A stretch of 64,000 nt of DNA from a virus: positions 1-64,000 of the IMG/VR virus record IMGVR_UViG_3300043015_002666; one strand, written 5' to 3'. Below the pieces are notes generated by a model. The model saw nothing but the letters and a program-made list of their open reading frames with translations, was not told where the DNA came from and ran no database searches. Positions 54,501 through 63,766 of this stretch are shown in pieces (the first letter of the stretch is position 1; every line of letters starts with the position of its first letter). The position numbers and the translations under genes were made by a program.

Positions 54501-56638
54501 CCACCTGCGATCTGCAAACCAGTATCTTTGTTTTGGGCGACAATCAACGAACCGAAGCTGTTTTTAGATGGAGCATTTGAACCTACATAATTAACACCGT
54601 AGAACCCAGACTCTCTATAGCTGTTGTAGTCATTGACAACACGACCTTGAACCGGAGCGGCACCTATTTCAGCAAGAGTCCACGATAGATCGCCGCTACC
54701 ATCAAATAACTTGCTAGCCTCACCAACGCGGATTGTTCGAGCGGTTGTTAAAGCATCTGCGACTGGATGATAGTTGTCTGCATAAACGCGCTGACTTGAA
54801 TTGACATACATGTTACCAGCGGCATACGTATGCCCCTGACCTTTCACCCAAAACGCGCGACGCGTAAAGTCGTGATTATCTGTAGCAGCGCCCACGAACG
54901 AGATGACGTTAAACGCATCTTCTGCATCATTTGCTGCAATCGCAATCGTCACATGCCCGTTACTTGGCCCTCGAATGTTCAGCGCCGTATCAGATCCACC
55001 GACCACGCCGTCACCCAAGTTAGCTGATTTTACGATAAAAGCCCCGGAGCCAAACTGTGCTTGGTTAAGGCCGAAATCAAGATCTCCCGCCATTGCGTCA
55101 CCAGCACGGTTTACCGCGCCAATTTCTGCCAGCGACCACGACACACCTTTAGATCCATCAACCGACTTGGTTGCATTGCCGATAGTCAGAGCACGCGCCG
55201 TATACCACTTACTGGCAGATACCGCATTCGCCCCCGCATCAAGCTTGCTATTTGCCAAATCGTAGGCTTGCTTAACAGCGTAGGGTGTTGCTGCGTAGGC
55301 TGACGACGTACTGGCTACCGAGTTAGACAACTGAATCACACCCGTCTGCGACGTCGTGGCCGTTCGAACGCCAATAGAGAAGTTCGCGCCAAGCGTACCG
55401 CCTCCGGTGATCGCACCAGACACACTAACGGATGTCGCCTTGTCTGCTTTTGTCGCCAGAGTGTTATTAATCGCATTAATGGCGTTAGCATCATCATTTA
55501 ACTGCGCCGCCAATTCTGTCAGCGTATCTAGCGCCTCTTGCGGGGCATCACCAAGCAATTGGTTATACAAGTTATCTGCGTGCGTCTTAGAGTTAGACTC
55601 TGCCAGCACTGCGCGATCATGCGCTCTCTTGGCTGCGTTAGAACTGGCGTAAACGGTTGAACTGGTGGAAGTGACAGAATCCGAAATATTGCGGTTATTC
55701 GGACTAAATACGCGCTGGTTGTTTTCGTAGATTTCACCAGTAGTTTGAATCTCACCACTCACCAACACACCGGCCTGAGTCGTAGTGAGGCGCACATTAC
55801 TGCCGTTAAACAACTTAACTGACGGCTCGGCACCACCTTGCAGCTTCATAATAGACGCGAGGCCACCCGAACCATTATCAACCTGAAAATCCACCAAGCC
55901 ATTTACTGCTTGTTGTCTGACAATAAGATTGCCGGTTTCATTTTCAACGAACGAGTTTGTACCGTCGTGATAAAGCGTTAGATCGCGAGCGTCACCCACT
56001 GACCACTCAAAGTTATCACCAAGCGTTACATCCCCTTCAACAAAAGAGTCCGCGTCATTACGCACATACTGCTTGTGTGGGTGCACATCGGTAAGGTGAG
56101 ATTCAAGATCGTAACCGCCAAGCTCTCGCTCATCAAAGTTTAAGTGTGCATTGGTTAGCTCAGTCGCACCCGCTGGTACGTCGGCCACACATAAAATCAC
56201 ATGATGCTCTTGCACTTGCGCTTCAGTCAGCACCTTAATGCTGGCCGCTTCAATGTCTGAATCCGAATCCACCTGACTGGTTGTAACGCCATGCTCAAAG
56301 AAAGCCTCAAGAACCACGTAGGAAACTTGACCCGCCGGGATTGATAATGAAATCGGCTTTTGCTGGCGAACGGTTAACAGGTAGTCGTCACGCTCCACCA
56401 GCGCCACACCAAAACTAACCGACTCGCCGGTTTGGTTTTGGGTGTTACTAATGTCAAGCGTAAGACCATCGCCCGGAAAGCACGCAAAACCTCGGAAGAC
56501 CCCGGCGCGTACAATACCGCAAAACTTGCGGTTTAAGCTGGTAGACGTGAACGGCTCTAGATACTGAATATCAGTAACTAAAGGCATGGATGCAGCGTCA
56601 GAGGTTTGAGCTGCAAGTGTGATCATTTCAACTGTCAT
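51584..56638 (-). CDS. tail fibre protein
   Basis: 1684 aa, Gly/Ser/Thr/Asn-rich. It has fibre-type motifs (SSTVYASSNAAKRAHD, AATPYAVKQAYDLAN, ATAKAVKTAYDKA) and internal duplications. Confidence 0.9.
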   Translation of the reverse strand: MTVEMITLAAQTSDAASMPLVTDIQYLEPFTSTSLNRKFCGIVRAGVFRGFACFPGDGLTLDISNTQNQTGESVSFGVALVERDDYLLTVRQQKPISLSIPAGQVSYVVLEAFFEHGVTTSQVDSDSDIEAASIKVLTEAQVQEHHVILCVADVPAGATELTNAHLNFDERELGGYDLESHLTDVHPHKQYVRNDADSFVEGDVTLGDNFEWSVGDARDLTLYHDGTNSFVENETGNLIVRQQAVNGLVDFQVDNGSGGLASIMKLQGGAEPSVKLFNGSNVRLTTTQAGVLVSGEIQTTGEIYENNQRVFSPNNRNISDSVTSTSSTVYASSNAAKRAHDRAVLAESNSKTHADNLYNQLLGDAPQEALDTLTELAAQLNDDANAINAINNTLATKADKATSVSVSGAITGGGTLGANFSIGVRTATTSQTGVIQLSNSVASTSSAYAATPYAVKQAYDLANSKLDAGANAVSASKWYTARALTIGNATKSVDGSKGVSWSLAEIGAVNRAGDAMAGDLDFGLNQAQFGSGAFIVKSANLGDGVVGGSDTALNIRGPSNGHVTIAIAANDAEDAFNVISFVGAATDNHDFTRRAFWVKGQGHTYAAGNMYVNSSQRVYADNYHPVADALTTARTIRVGEASKLFDGSGDLSWTLAEIGAAPVQGRVVNDYNSYRESGFYGVNYVGSNAPSKNSFGSLIVAQNKDTGLQIAGGHNNNMLAFRGWSNTGGTWQSWKNLYHDAYHPNADKWTTARILSLSGDVTGSVSIDGSSNVTLSTVVADNSHNHTSLGGITKLRFGPGVSANDDAAIEWLGASNAGYLRFSTADDNGTEYMQFGDYDTTSQGGAFTQWLKMYRGQAQFTGNVSASTFTGALSGNASTASKWATGRAIKIGNTSKTVDGSGDLSWSLSEIGAAPVQGRVVTDYNNFRDSGFYGVSGTGSNAPSNNFYGSLIVARNSDTGLQIAGGHGNNMLAFRGWSNTGGSWQSWKNLFHDAYHPNADKLTTARTINGTSFDGTANITTSSWGTARTLTIGNTARPVNGSSNVSWSLAEIGAAPSGYGLGTYGRSLPSSILGNTALRRESGFWQGSSITGLPTYGHTWKYLWTQAHPNSNGYWGYIGIDFDCTAAFFGGQSAGADKTAIRLFADNYHPNADKWTTARTLTLSGDASGSVSWDGSANATLSVTVNNDSHTHDTRYLKLTGGAINGDLALSDGKKLYVGDARSWLTAAGAHASFESIGNIKIKADNDNASPTEYLTLAAGLNSLTVQGGSQNTASALKFNGSTVLNTSNYSTHLDGRYFTESESNSRFAYKAGSGSQDFNTRRIITNGTGNDYNGGGIEVKGNGRTNTVYPTVGFHQSGLYAGSLQMRAGGDFRFYAQGGSSYGVVRAATFYGALSGNASTATWADTVDVNSGNTSESWYDIVWHSGDTVYSSTGVEIQGSTNSIKSNRHYFAGTAYYLREATGNYGTVATYGRKSGWGGYSIEGRAVLMHDGSTKTGIYNDVDNEWLFLATHNAGAVLYYNGSSKFETTSGGVSVTGSVSASGSVNDSSGRVYSPGNKPSKADVGLSNVANYGVTSSVSSTSTSHFATAKAVKTAYDKAVAATGNSVYSGSSSTNTSFPIGTTVAVNSRYSGSRAASETISYRTDTAYSFGVYSQNGGVALTGTWRQRGHIANGNMTLWQRVA
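53629..54720. repeat. direct duplication inside the tail fibre gene, offset exactly 759 bp
   Basis: For example, 53643-53767 versus 54402-54526 and 53886-53946 versus 54645-54705 are near-identical at the DNA level. Confidence 0.8.
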
Positions 56639-56649
56639 TGCCGCGCCCC

Positions 56650-57078
56650 TTACACTGTCACAACTACGTCAGAGCGAGCCGTTTCAATGGTAATTTCTAG
56701 CGCGATACCACGATCTGAATACAGCCATACCGGCTGTGTGACAGCGACCGCGATCAAATTGCCGTTCGTATCCTTTACGCCAACGCAGGAGAATTGCTTT
56801 TGCTCTTCCAAAGCGCCTGAAGGAATCGACGTCGTGATAACGATATAGCCATTTACATAGCTATATGCCGCGTCGGATGTGTAAAACACATTATCAACGT
56901 AGGATTTATCAAGGTCGATATCCATAGCACTAGGCACGCCATCGACGGTTTCAATGAGATCGTATCCCCAATCAATCTGGCCGAACTGAAAGTATGGCTC
57001 CTGATTGGGTAGGCTCGACAAAGCCCTTTGATCGTAATATTTATTCAGCAATGTGCTGTTTTTTAAAACAACGGCCAT
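56650..57078 (-). CDS. tail-fibre N-terminal (collar/DUF3751-like) domain protein
   Basis: FSCVGVKDTNGNLIAVAVTQP...ALEITIE resembles the P2 gpH N-terminal segment LGLYDDAGTLIAVANM. Confidence 0.5.
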   Translation of the reverse strand: MAVVLKNSTLLNKYYDQRALSSLPNQEPYFQFGQIDWGYDLIETVDGVPSAMDIDLDKSYVDNVFYTSDAAYSYVNGYIVITTSIPSGALEEQKQFSCVGVKDTNGNLIAVAVTQPVWLYSDRGIALEITIETARSDVVVTV

Positions 57079-57128
57079 AACACCTCACGCGGGTTTGTTA
57101 ATGGCGTTCTTTTAAGCGGGGAAGCGAG

Positions 57129-57983
57129 TTAATAGTAACGTCTATCGAGCGAGATTGCATCACATGGAACACTATCCATTCGTGGTGTGCCATAAATTGG
57201 CGTAGCTTTTACCTCATCGCTCATTGCTGAGTTCTCTGTTACATCGTCTTGCGTATTGCGCGCAACCTCAGTTTCATCATGAACCTGAAAAGGAACATCT
57301 GCGACGTGAGTCGTCACCGAGTGAAGCAAATCAAAGACATCAACAATGCTAATGGAGATATAGTAACTCTGACCATCACAGACAATCCGTAGTGGTACCA
57401 GCGGATAAATAACCCGGCGCACCTTTTCCTCAAACAGTGCGATATCATCCTCTGACACCCCATTTTCACCGCCAGACACGTCGTTAATAGGCACGCGGAT
57501 CACGCCTCGACTGGTCATAAAGAAGTCGTCACGGAGTAAGCCTTGTGGAGCGTAGCTGTCTATCTCATGCTGCGTCACAAACAGCGAGCCATACGGATAC
57601 TTTTCCTGATCAACAGGTGCGTATTGTGGCTCCCATGATACGCGCATTCCGAAAAACTCCCGCGTTAGCGTTGCCACCAGCGGATAAATAGTCTTCTTAA
57701 AGTGGACTTCATCTTGTCGGCGCATGATAACGTGTGGCAAATCCTCTTCCACCACACCATCGGAGATCGGAAAGACTTTGCGCAGTTCTTCGGTATCACG
57801 GAGTAAGTCTTTCACTTCCATGTCGTAAAGCGAGTTGCGCGCCTTAAGCCGGTCTAGGTACCCCTCAACATGATCGTTAATGCCTTGCGCGAGTGCGGAC
57901 GCCAAATCAAGCCAGCTTTGCTCACTGGCTTTAGTGGAAGTTAACTGGCCCTGTAACCACTCTTTCAGTTCAGATAACACCAT
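57129..57983 (-). CDS. putative baseplate protein (gpI position)
   Basis: 284 aa between the J-like gene and the fibre genes. Called from synteny only. Confidence 0.5.
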   Translation of the reverse strand: MVLSELKEWLQGQLTSTKASEQSWLDLASALAQGINDHVEGYLDRLKARNSLYDMEVKDLLRDTEELRKVFPISDGVVEEDLPHVIMRRQDEVHFKKTIYPLVATLTREFFGMRVSWEPQYAPVDQEKYPYGSLFVTQHEIDSYAPQGLLRDDFFMTSRGVIRVPINDVSGGENGVSEDDIALFEEKVRRVIYPLVPLRIVCDGQSYYISISIVDVFDLLHSVTTHVADVPFQVHDETEVARNTQDDVTENSAMSDEVKATPIYGTPRMDSVPCDAISLDRRYY

Positions 57984-57985
57984 AG

Positions 57986-59383
57986 TTACACCTTCGGATA
58001 AGTCAGATTAATAACGGTCGCTGGCGCATCGACGTACTGATAAGTATCAATGGGAACATTTTCTAAAATGCCCGTTGCATCCACATGAAACTTATAAATA
58101 CCGTTGGCCGCCGCCACGGTGTTTACGGCATGCCAAATGTCTTTGAGGTAGACGCTTGACGCTTTCTTAACGTCCTTGCCGTACAGCTTGTTGAGCTCAT
58201 CAATGATCGCTTGCTTACCATCATCAATGTTATAACCGTCGTACACCTCACCTTCCACAACAACGCTTACAGGCGCGTCCTTACGCGTTACAAAGGAATA
58301 GGTTTCGTTATACGCCTCTTTACCAACAAACAAGTTAAGAATGGCCTCACCTAAAGCCTCATCGGTCGCCGTGGAAGAGTACGCACAGATAAAAATATGA
58401 TTGATATTGGTTAAGTCTTTGACACCGGTTAAGACTTCCTGAGCTTTCTCTCCCCACACCTCAATCCAGATAAGGTTAGGGATGTTTGCCTTGATATACG
58501 CTTTGTAATCGCCGTCCCACACCACCTGATTATCGTAAATAGACGAATACAGCGCACCATTACGGATAGATTCAATATCTTCAGGCTCTTCGCCGCCGGT
58601 GATCTGCGTTGCCGTCACAATGGACAAACCATCAGGATCAAAGTTTAAGCCTTGGTTTTCATTGACGGTTAGCTTTTGGCCGTCAAGCAACGTAGTTTCA
58701 CCATCCGTCAGCCACAAATCGATCTCAATTCGGGAACCAATCTCCGGGATCTTGCCGTTGGTATCATTACCAAAGCGGATCGCGTATTCATCCGTGGATT
58801 TGTAAGTTTCCATGTATACCTTAGAATCGCCGTCCGCATTACGGAACTTAAACGAATCTTGCCACTCTTCCCCATCGACACGCACTACCATTTTATGCAG
58901 TCGGTCTGTGTACTCCGACGGGATCACCACGGTTAACCAACTTTCGGCGGTTTCAACCGTGTACGATAGCGTTTCAATACTCACCTGAGACAAGGACAGA
59001 ACGGCGCTTTTCCCGGCACCAATATCAATATGGTCCGTAATGGTGTAAGCCACTTGGTTAGTGGCCGAACACTGCAAAAGTGACGCGGTAGTAATACGCA
59101 CCCCTGTTGTGTTAATGACAATCACGCTACCCGTAGAAGGGCTTGCCTTTCGGCCAATATGACCCCGACTCTCTGCGCCAGCCAAAATGGCCGTGCGCGT
59201 GGTAGCGGTAACGAGAAACGAGTTTTGCAGTGCCTTAGCTGCGGCTTGCTCACAACGTTTAACTACCTGAGCCATAAATACCACTAGGTAAGAAACAAAT
59301 TGCGAACCAATAAAACGCTGCCACCATGTCGATTTACTTAGTGCGGCATCGAGCGTGCTTTTGATTTCGGTTAATGTGCTCAT
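57986..59383 (-). CDS. putative baseplate J-like protein
   Basis: 465 aa following the gpW/gp25-like gene with an ATGA overlap. Called from synteny. Confidence 0.55.
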   Translation of the reverse strand: MSTLTEIKSTLDAALSKSTWWQRFIGSQFVSYLVVFMAQVVKRCEQAAAKALQNSFLVTATTRTAILAGAESRGHIGRKASPSTGSVIVINTTGVRITTASLLQCSATNQVAYTITDHIDIGAGKSAVLSLSQVSIETLSYTVETAESWLTVVIPSEYTDRLHKMVVRVDGEEWQDSFKFRNADGDSKVYMETYKSTDEYAIRFGNDTNGKIPEIGSRIEIDLWLTDGETTLLDGQKLTVNENQGLNFDPDGLSIVTATQITGGEEPEDIESIRNGALYSSIYDNQVVWDGDYKAYIKANIPNLIWIEVWGEKAQEVLTGVKDLTNINHIFICAYSSTATDEALGEAILNLFVGKEAYNETYSFVTRKDAPVSVVVEGEVYDGYNIDDGKQAIIDELNKLYGKDVKKASSVYLKDIWHAVNTVAAANGIYKFHVDATGILENVPIDTYQYVDAPATVINLTYPKV

Positions 59384-59727
59384 AGGGTTACATCCTGATT
59401 AATTGTTGTGGCTACACCACTGATTGATAACTTGATATTCCAACGGTCTACAGACACCGGCTCAACGCGTATCGAGGTAATGGCAACATCAGCAATGTCT
59501 TGCGTCATATCAATGGCGATATGGTTTTCAATCGCCGCTGACGTATCGCCATTCATTGGACTGTGCCGGTACTGTGCAAGGCGATTCCCCCAATGGGGCG
59601 CACCCCATATCTGCCCCTCTGGTGTACTGAGCCATTCAGCCACGCGAGCAAGTTTGGCCTCTCCGCCACTGTAGGTTTGCACCCCATCAATGTTTGCGGT
59701 CAGTTTGTAAAAGACTTCATCAGCCAT
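59380..59727 (-). CDS. baseplate wedge protein gpW/gp25-like
   Basis: 115 aa. VAEWLSTPEGQIWGAPHWGNRLAQYRHSP parallels P2 gpW IGDILRTPVGSRVMRRDYGSLLASMIDQP. Confidence 0.6.
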   Translation of the reverse strand: MADEVFYKLTANIDGVQTYSGGEAKLARVAEWLSTPEGQIWGAPHWGNRLAQYRHSPMNGDTSAAIENHIAIDMTQDIADVAITSIRVEPVSVDRWNIKLSISGVATTINQDVTL

Positions 59728-59732
59728 ATTGC

Positions 59733-62700
59733 TTACTCCAAGTCTGCGCTTTGGCGCTGTAGTGAACGGTCAGTAAAGTTATTTGGAATGCTACCCACCC
59801 CAGGATTGTTTGATTTCGGCTTGGCTGCACTGCCGGTTGACTGGCTAGCGCCCACCTCAACGACGGTTGTGTCTGCATTGGCTTTCTTGATGCCTTTCGC
59901 CAAATCGTCCACGCTTTTCTTATCCAGTTGGATAACGTTAGGCTCTTTGCTCTTCTGTAGCTCCGCTTGCGCTTTTTCGGCCTGAAGTGAACTGACAGAA
60001 CGGTTAGTCTGAACCTTGCTTACACTGCTGGTAGGTTGCAACTTAGTGATCCCGCCCGTAGAGCTCAAGTCAGTCACGCCACCAGAGGAACTCAGGCTAG
60101 TAATGCCACCTGTTGAGCTCAAATCTGTGACACCACCAGTTGAACTAAGGCTAGTCACCCCGCCCGTTGAGCTTAGGTCCGTAACGCCACCCGCAGAACT
60201 TAAGTCAGTAACACCACCTGCGGAACTCAGATCAGTAACTCCGCCCGTATAACCTAAGTCAGTGACACCGCCAGCAGAACCCAAGTCAATCACACCGCCT
60301 TCAGGACTTAAGTTGGTAATCCCACCAGCGGAATTTAACTCAGTCACACCCCCGGACTTATCCAACTTAGTTACACCACCCACAGCGGCCACTTTAGCGA
60401 CTGGCATGCCATCCACTTGTTGCTGTTGTGCGTTTTGGTATCGTTCTTTGGTTTCTTTAATCTTCTCTAGTCGGTCCTCAACACGCTTGGAGCGAGCATT
60501 AGAAGGTTGACTCTCACCTTGCTGAACTTCACTGCTTTCCGCTGAAGAACTCGCTACACTCGATTGCTCGGTCTGCTTCAGTGATTCAGAACGCGCCTTC
60601 ATTTCGAGGTTTTTCTCTTTCTGCTTGGCGACCTTCTTAGCCACGGATAATGGCATTCCACGACCGACCAAACGATCGACTTCATCTTGATAAGAGCTCG
60701 ATGACTGCGACTGACTCACGGTAGCGGCCTTGCTGTCTTCCTGCTTTGATTCACTCGATGACTTGCTGGTAAAGAGATCGTAAATACCTTTCGCAATATC
60801 ACTTGCTTCAAAGGTCATTTTCTCTTTGGCACCTTCGAACCCTAGCGCGCCTAGTGCGTCACCCACCAGACCCGCAGCACCCGACACCAGACCACCCATA
60901 TCAAGCACGGACCCTGCCGCCATGGCGGCTTTCTGTCCGGTTGTCGCCTCTTCCCCTTCTTTGAGGTTAAAGGTTTTCTGTTGGGCCTCTTTGTCGTTAA
61001 ATCCACTGTACGCGTCATAGGCTGCAAGCATAGGCGCAAGGAACGGCACGGCTTTACCTGCCCCTCTGGCGAGTGTCGATACTCCTTTAAAGGCTTTCCC
61101 TGCCATGGACATGCCACCAGCGGCAATACCTGCTCCTTTTTTACCGGTAGCACTTAGGACCGACTTTAATCGGCTAGGGCTTTCTGGCTTGCCAACACTT
61201 ACGCTTCGGCTAGGACGTCCGCGACCGCGCTCGCCACCACCAAACAAGCCACCACGACCACGGCCCCGACGCCCACGACCGGCACGACCACCGCCGCCAC
61301 CGAATAGCGAACCCAAACCGGCCAATTCTGATAAGAGCCCATTATCTTTTCCTTTCGTGTGTGAGCTGATTTCATCCAGAAGAGCAATGATTTCCGCGTT
61401 CGATTGCTTTTGCTCTTCGCTTTGCTCTTGCAAGATCTCTTTGTTGTTCGCTTGCAAGGACTGTTGCTTGGTGATCGACAATAGCGACTCGCCACCGGCT
61501 GGCTGATTAGGTTCAGACTTTGCTTGTGTCGCACCGGTCGCCATACCTGCCATGGCATTACCAAATGACTGCGTAAACCCGGTAGATTGAGCAATGCTTT
61601 GCGAGTCACTGCGATCTGTCAGCTTCGAGTCAGACTGAACCCGGTTCGACTGCTGCGTTTTACTCTCTGCCAGCTCTTTAATGCTGGTGGCTGTGTCACT
61701 TTTCTTTTCTGATTCAGACTGAGCAACGACGCGATCACTCTGCCCGACTGTCTCAAACGCGGAGCTGGCGCGGTCGCTTTGTGTGACCGTATCCGATTGT
61801 GAACGGGTGCTTTCCTGCTTGGAGATTTCAGCTCGTTCACTTCCTTGCGGGACCACTTCGGCGCTCGTAAATGCTTCTTGAGTCTCTTTGTCTTTGCCAA
61901 AGAACCGGCCAAACGAAAAGGCATCACTCGACGTCCACTGCTTTTTGATCTCACTGGTTTTGTCTACAGCGGTATCAATGCCCTGAATGACGTTTTCACC
62001 GACGTTATACAGTTCTTTTGCTGCATAGAACCACGAACCACCAGCAGCGGCCCCGGCTGCGTCGGTCGCGTCATTGTTTGCGGCCTCATGCCCCACATCT
62101 ACAGCGGCCCTGAAGGTGCCCACCACCTTAGTTAGAATCGTGGATTGCTTCTCAGACTCACGCTCTTTGGCAATATCGGCTGCGGTCTTTTGGTACCGGG
62201 CGCTTTCTTCCTTGCTGGCGTAGGTACCATTGCCACGACGTAACCGGCCCTTTTCATCTTTCCAGAAATCATCAAACGCGCTAAAACCGTCTGTAATGGC
62301 TTTTTTAAGTGAATCCGTATCAACATCAGGCGAATCAACGTTAACGCTCACAGGCTGCGATTCTGACGCATCCTTGCGGTCATTTTGGCTAGCTGGTGGC
62401 GTAACTACGACCGTAGGCGCTTTCGGATCGGATTTTGGTCCTTCCTGCTGCGCTGGCTGCAAGCTGTCTGCGACCGACGACGGATTCGTTAATTGCGGTT
62501 CAACGGTCCCGGCCTCGCCTTCCTCTGCTTGAGTAAAACTATCTTGCTGCTTGCGCTTTACCAGTTGCGCGGTCACTTCACCACGACGGGCTTTAGCGTT
62601 GTTTTTTTTGCGTCTTTTGGGTTTGTTATTAGGAATTGAAGGGGCTTTTTTGCCACCTTCCATCACCTGATTCTCACCACTGGAAACCACACCTACCCCG

Positions 62701-62816
62701 ACCGGCTGATCGAGCTTGGCGCTAATCTCAGACAACACCTTTAATTCTCGGTCGCTGGCGTGCTTTATCGAATCAACCACCAGCGACAAATCAATCTCTT
62801 CGTGTTCAATTGCCAT
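59733..62816 (-). CDS. putative tape measure protein
   Basis: 1027 aa located between the chaperone-position ORFs and the baseplate genes. It has Gly/Ala-rich hydrophobic segments (AGIAAGGMSMAGKAF..., GLVSGAAGLVGDALGALG), a Gly/Arg tract and a C-terminal repeat array. Confidence 0.6.
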   Translation of the reverse strand: MAIEHEEIDLSLVVDSIKHASDRELKVLSEISAKLDQPVGVGVVSSGENQVMEGGKKAPSIPNNKPKRRKKNNAKARRGEVTAQLVKRKQQDSFTQAEEGEAGTVEPQLTNPSSVADSLQPAQQEGPKSDPKAPTVVVTPPASQNDRKDASESQPVSVNVDSPDVDTDSLKKAITDGFSAFDDFWKDEKGRLRRGNGTYASKEESARYQKTAADIAKERESEKQSTILTKVVGTFRAAVDVGHEAANNDATDAAGAAAGGSWFYAAKELYNVGENVIQGIDTAVDKTSEIKKQWTSSDAFSFGRFFGKDKETQEAFTSAEVVPQGSERAEISKQESTRSQSDTVTQSDRASSAFETVGQSDRVVAQSESEKKSDTATSIKELAESKTQQSNRVQSDSKLTDRSDSQSIAQSTGFTQSFGNAMAGMATGATQAKSEPNQPAGGESLLSITKQQSLQANNKEILQEQSEEQKQSNAEIIALLDEISSHTKGKDNGLLSELAGLGSLFGGGGGRAGRGRRGRGRGGLFGGGERGRGRPSRSVSVGKPESPSRLKSVLSATGKKGAGIAAGGMSMAGKAFKGVSTLARGAGKAVPFLAPMLAAYDAYSGFNDKEAQQKTFNLKEGEEATTGQKAAMAAGSVLDMGGLVSGAAGLVGDALGALGFEGAKEKMTFEASDIAKGIYDLFTSKSSSESKQEDSKAATVSQSQSSSSYQDEVDRLVGRGMPLSVAKKVAKQKEKNLEMKARSESLKQTEQSSVASSSAESSEVQQGESQPSNARSKRVEDRLEKIKETKERYQNAQQQQVDGMPVAKVAAVGGVTKLDKSGGVTELNSAGGITNLSPEGGVIDLGSAGGVTDLGYTGGVTDLSSAGGVTDLSSAGGVTDLSSTGGVTSLSSTGGVTDLSSTGGITSLSSSGGVTDLSSTGGITKLQPTSSVSKVQTNRSVSSLQAEKAQAELQKSKEPNVIQLDKKSVDDLAKGIKKANADTTVVEVGASQSTGSAAKPKSNNPGVGSIPNNFTDRSLQRQSADLE
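60030..60380. repeat. 13 tandem 27-bp repeats encoding the nonapeptide GGVTDLSS(A/T)
   Basis: Unit 13 (GGITKLQPT) spans 60030-60056 and unit 1 (GGVTKLDKS) spans 60354-60380. All units are in frame. Confidence 0.9.
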
Positions 62817-63039
62817 TTTTAATTTTGTCCTTCAGTGATTCATCCAGTTTTATAGCGAGCCCTTCCGGTGTACCCATAATGGCATCCACCGGCTGACCGC
62901 CATAAATCGTCATGTTCTCAATGAGAATTTGCCAACCGGCCTCGTTATAGCGTTGCAATGAAGTCGTTAGCCCGAAAGGGAACAAGCAATAGCTTGCCTT
63001 GGTCCTCCCCTTTCTCGACCGCGACCTTACAGTTTTCAT
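62806..63039 (-). CDS. possible overlapping ORF upstream of the tape measure gene (frameshift product?)
   Basis: 77-codon ORF overlapping the 273-aa gene by 95 nt in the +1 frame and the tape measure gene by 11 nt. Its status is uncertain. Confidence 0.3.
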   Translation of the reverse strand: MKTVRSRSRKGRTKASYCLFPFGLTTSLQRYNEAGWQILIENMTIYGGQPVDAIMGTPEGLAIKLDESLKDKIKNGN

Positions 63040-63766
63040 GCTCGGCCACCAGCATGTATTTGCCGTCGGCGTAGCGCGTTAGCAAACCGTGTTGCTGCTT
63101 ACGAATGCCGATCTCAACATTGGCAAAGAACGAACGAAATTCCGTATCGACGGCCATCTTGCGGATCTGCTCTATCTTGTACTGGTAGGCGGATTGCTCA
63201 TCTTCCGGTTGGTTCGGGAACGTCACTTGATGCGCGATCTGACTGAGCTTGAAACTAAAGTCGGCTTGCTTGCGCTCTTTGGACCCTTCCGGGTATGCCT
63301 TAACACCTTCCGCCGCCATTTCCAGCGCTTCGCACGCCTTACCATTCAATGGCGATACGACAATGCCCTTAATCAATCGACCGGCTACGCGAGCATCAAA
63401 CTTGTGTTCTGGCAGTTGGTCAAACGCGGTTGAGGTGTTAGCGAGCGTATGCGCGTTGATATCAATGTAATGGTCCTCTTTGCAGTGATCACACTGGTAG
63501 CTCACCGTAATTTCCGGGTATTCACGCGTAGACACAAAGATCCACCATAGTGCCGTGCGTCGGTCTTCGCCGGTCCAGTTGGCCGAATCAAAGATCTCAC
63601 CGCTTTGCTTGCTGGTGTCTTGGATCTGGTTAAGGTACTGCGTGGTGTGCATTTCTTCTTGCTCTGGACTGAGCTCGGCAAACGTCAATGCATCATCAAC
63701 GGTCGGGACGCGGAAATACACCACGCGCTTGATATTGGATGGTAAAGGGAATGGAGGGACTTGCAT
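62945..63766 (-). CDS. hypothetical tail-module protein (chaperone position)
   Basis: 273-aa ORF with a TAATG overlap to the upstream partial gene. Confidence 0.7.
   Translation of the reverse strand: MQVPPFPLPSNIKRVVYFRVPTVDDALTFAELSPEQEEMHTTQYLNQIQDTSKQSGEIFDSANWTGEDRRTALWWIFVSTREYPEITVSYQCDHCKEDHYIDINAHTLANTSTAFDQLPEHKFDARVAGRLIKGIVVSPLNGKACEALEMAAEGVKAYPEGSKERKQADFSFKLSQIAHQVTFPNQPEDEQSAYQYKIEQIRKMAVDTEFRSFFANVEIGIRKQQHGLLTRYADGKYMLVAEHENCKVAVEKGEDQGKLLLVPFRANDFIATL

Noticed and set aside
51584-56638. An invertible tail-fibre segment of the cin/gin type.
   Set aside because: No serine invertase gene, no inverted crossover repeats and no alternative fibre-tip ORFs were seen in the window.
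60030-60380. The 27-bp tandem repeats could be a CRISPR array or a noncoding satellite.
   Set aside because: The repeats are contiguous without spacers and lie in frame within a 1027-aa ORF, encoding a regular nonapeptide.
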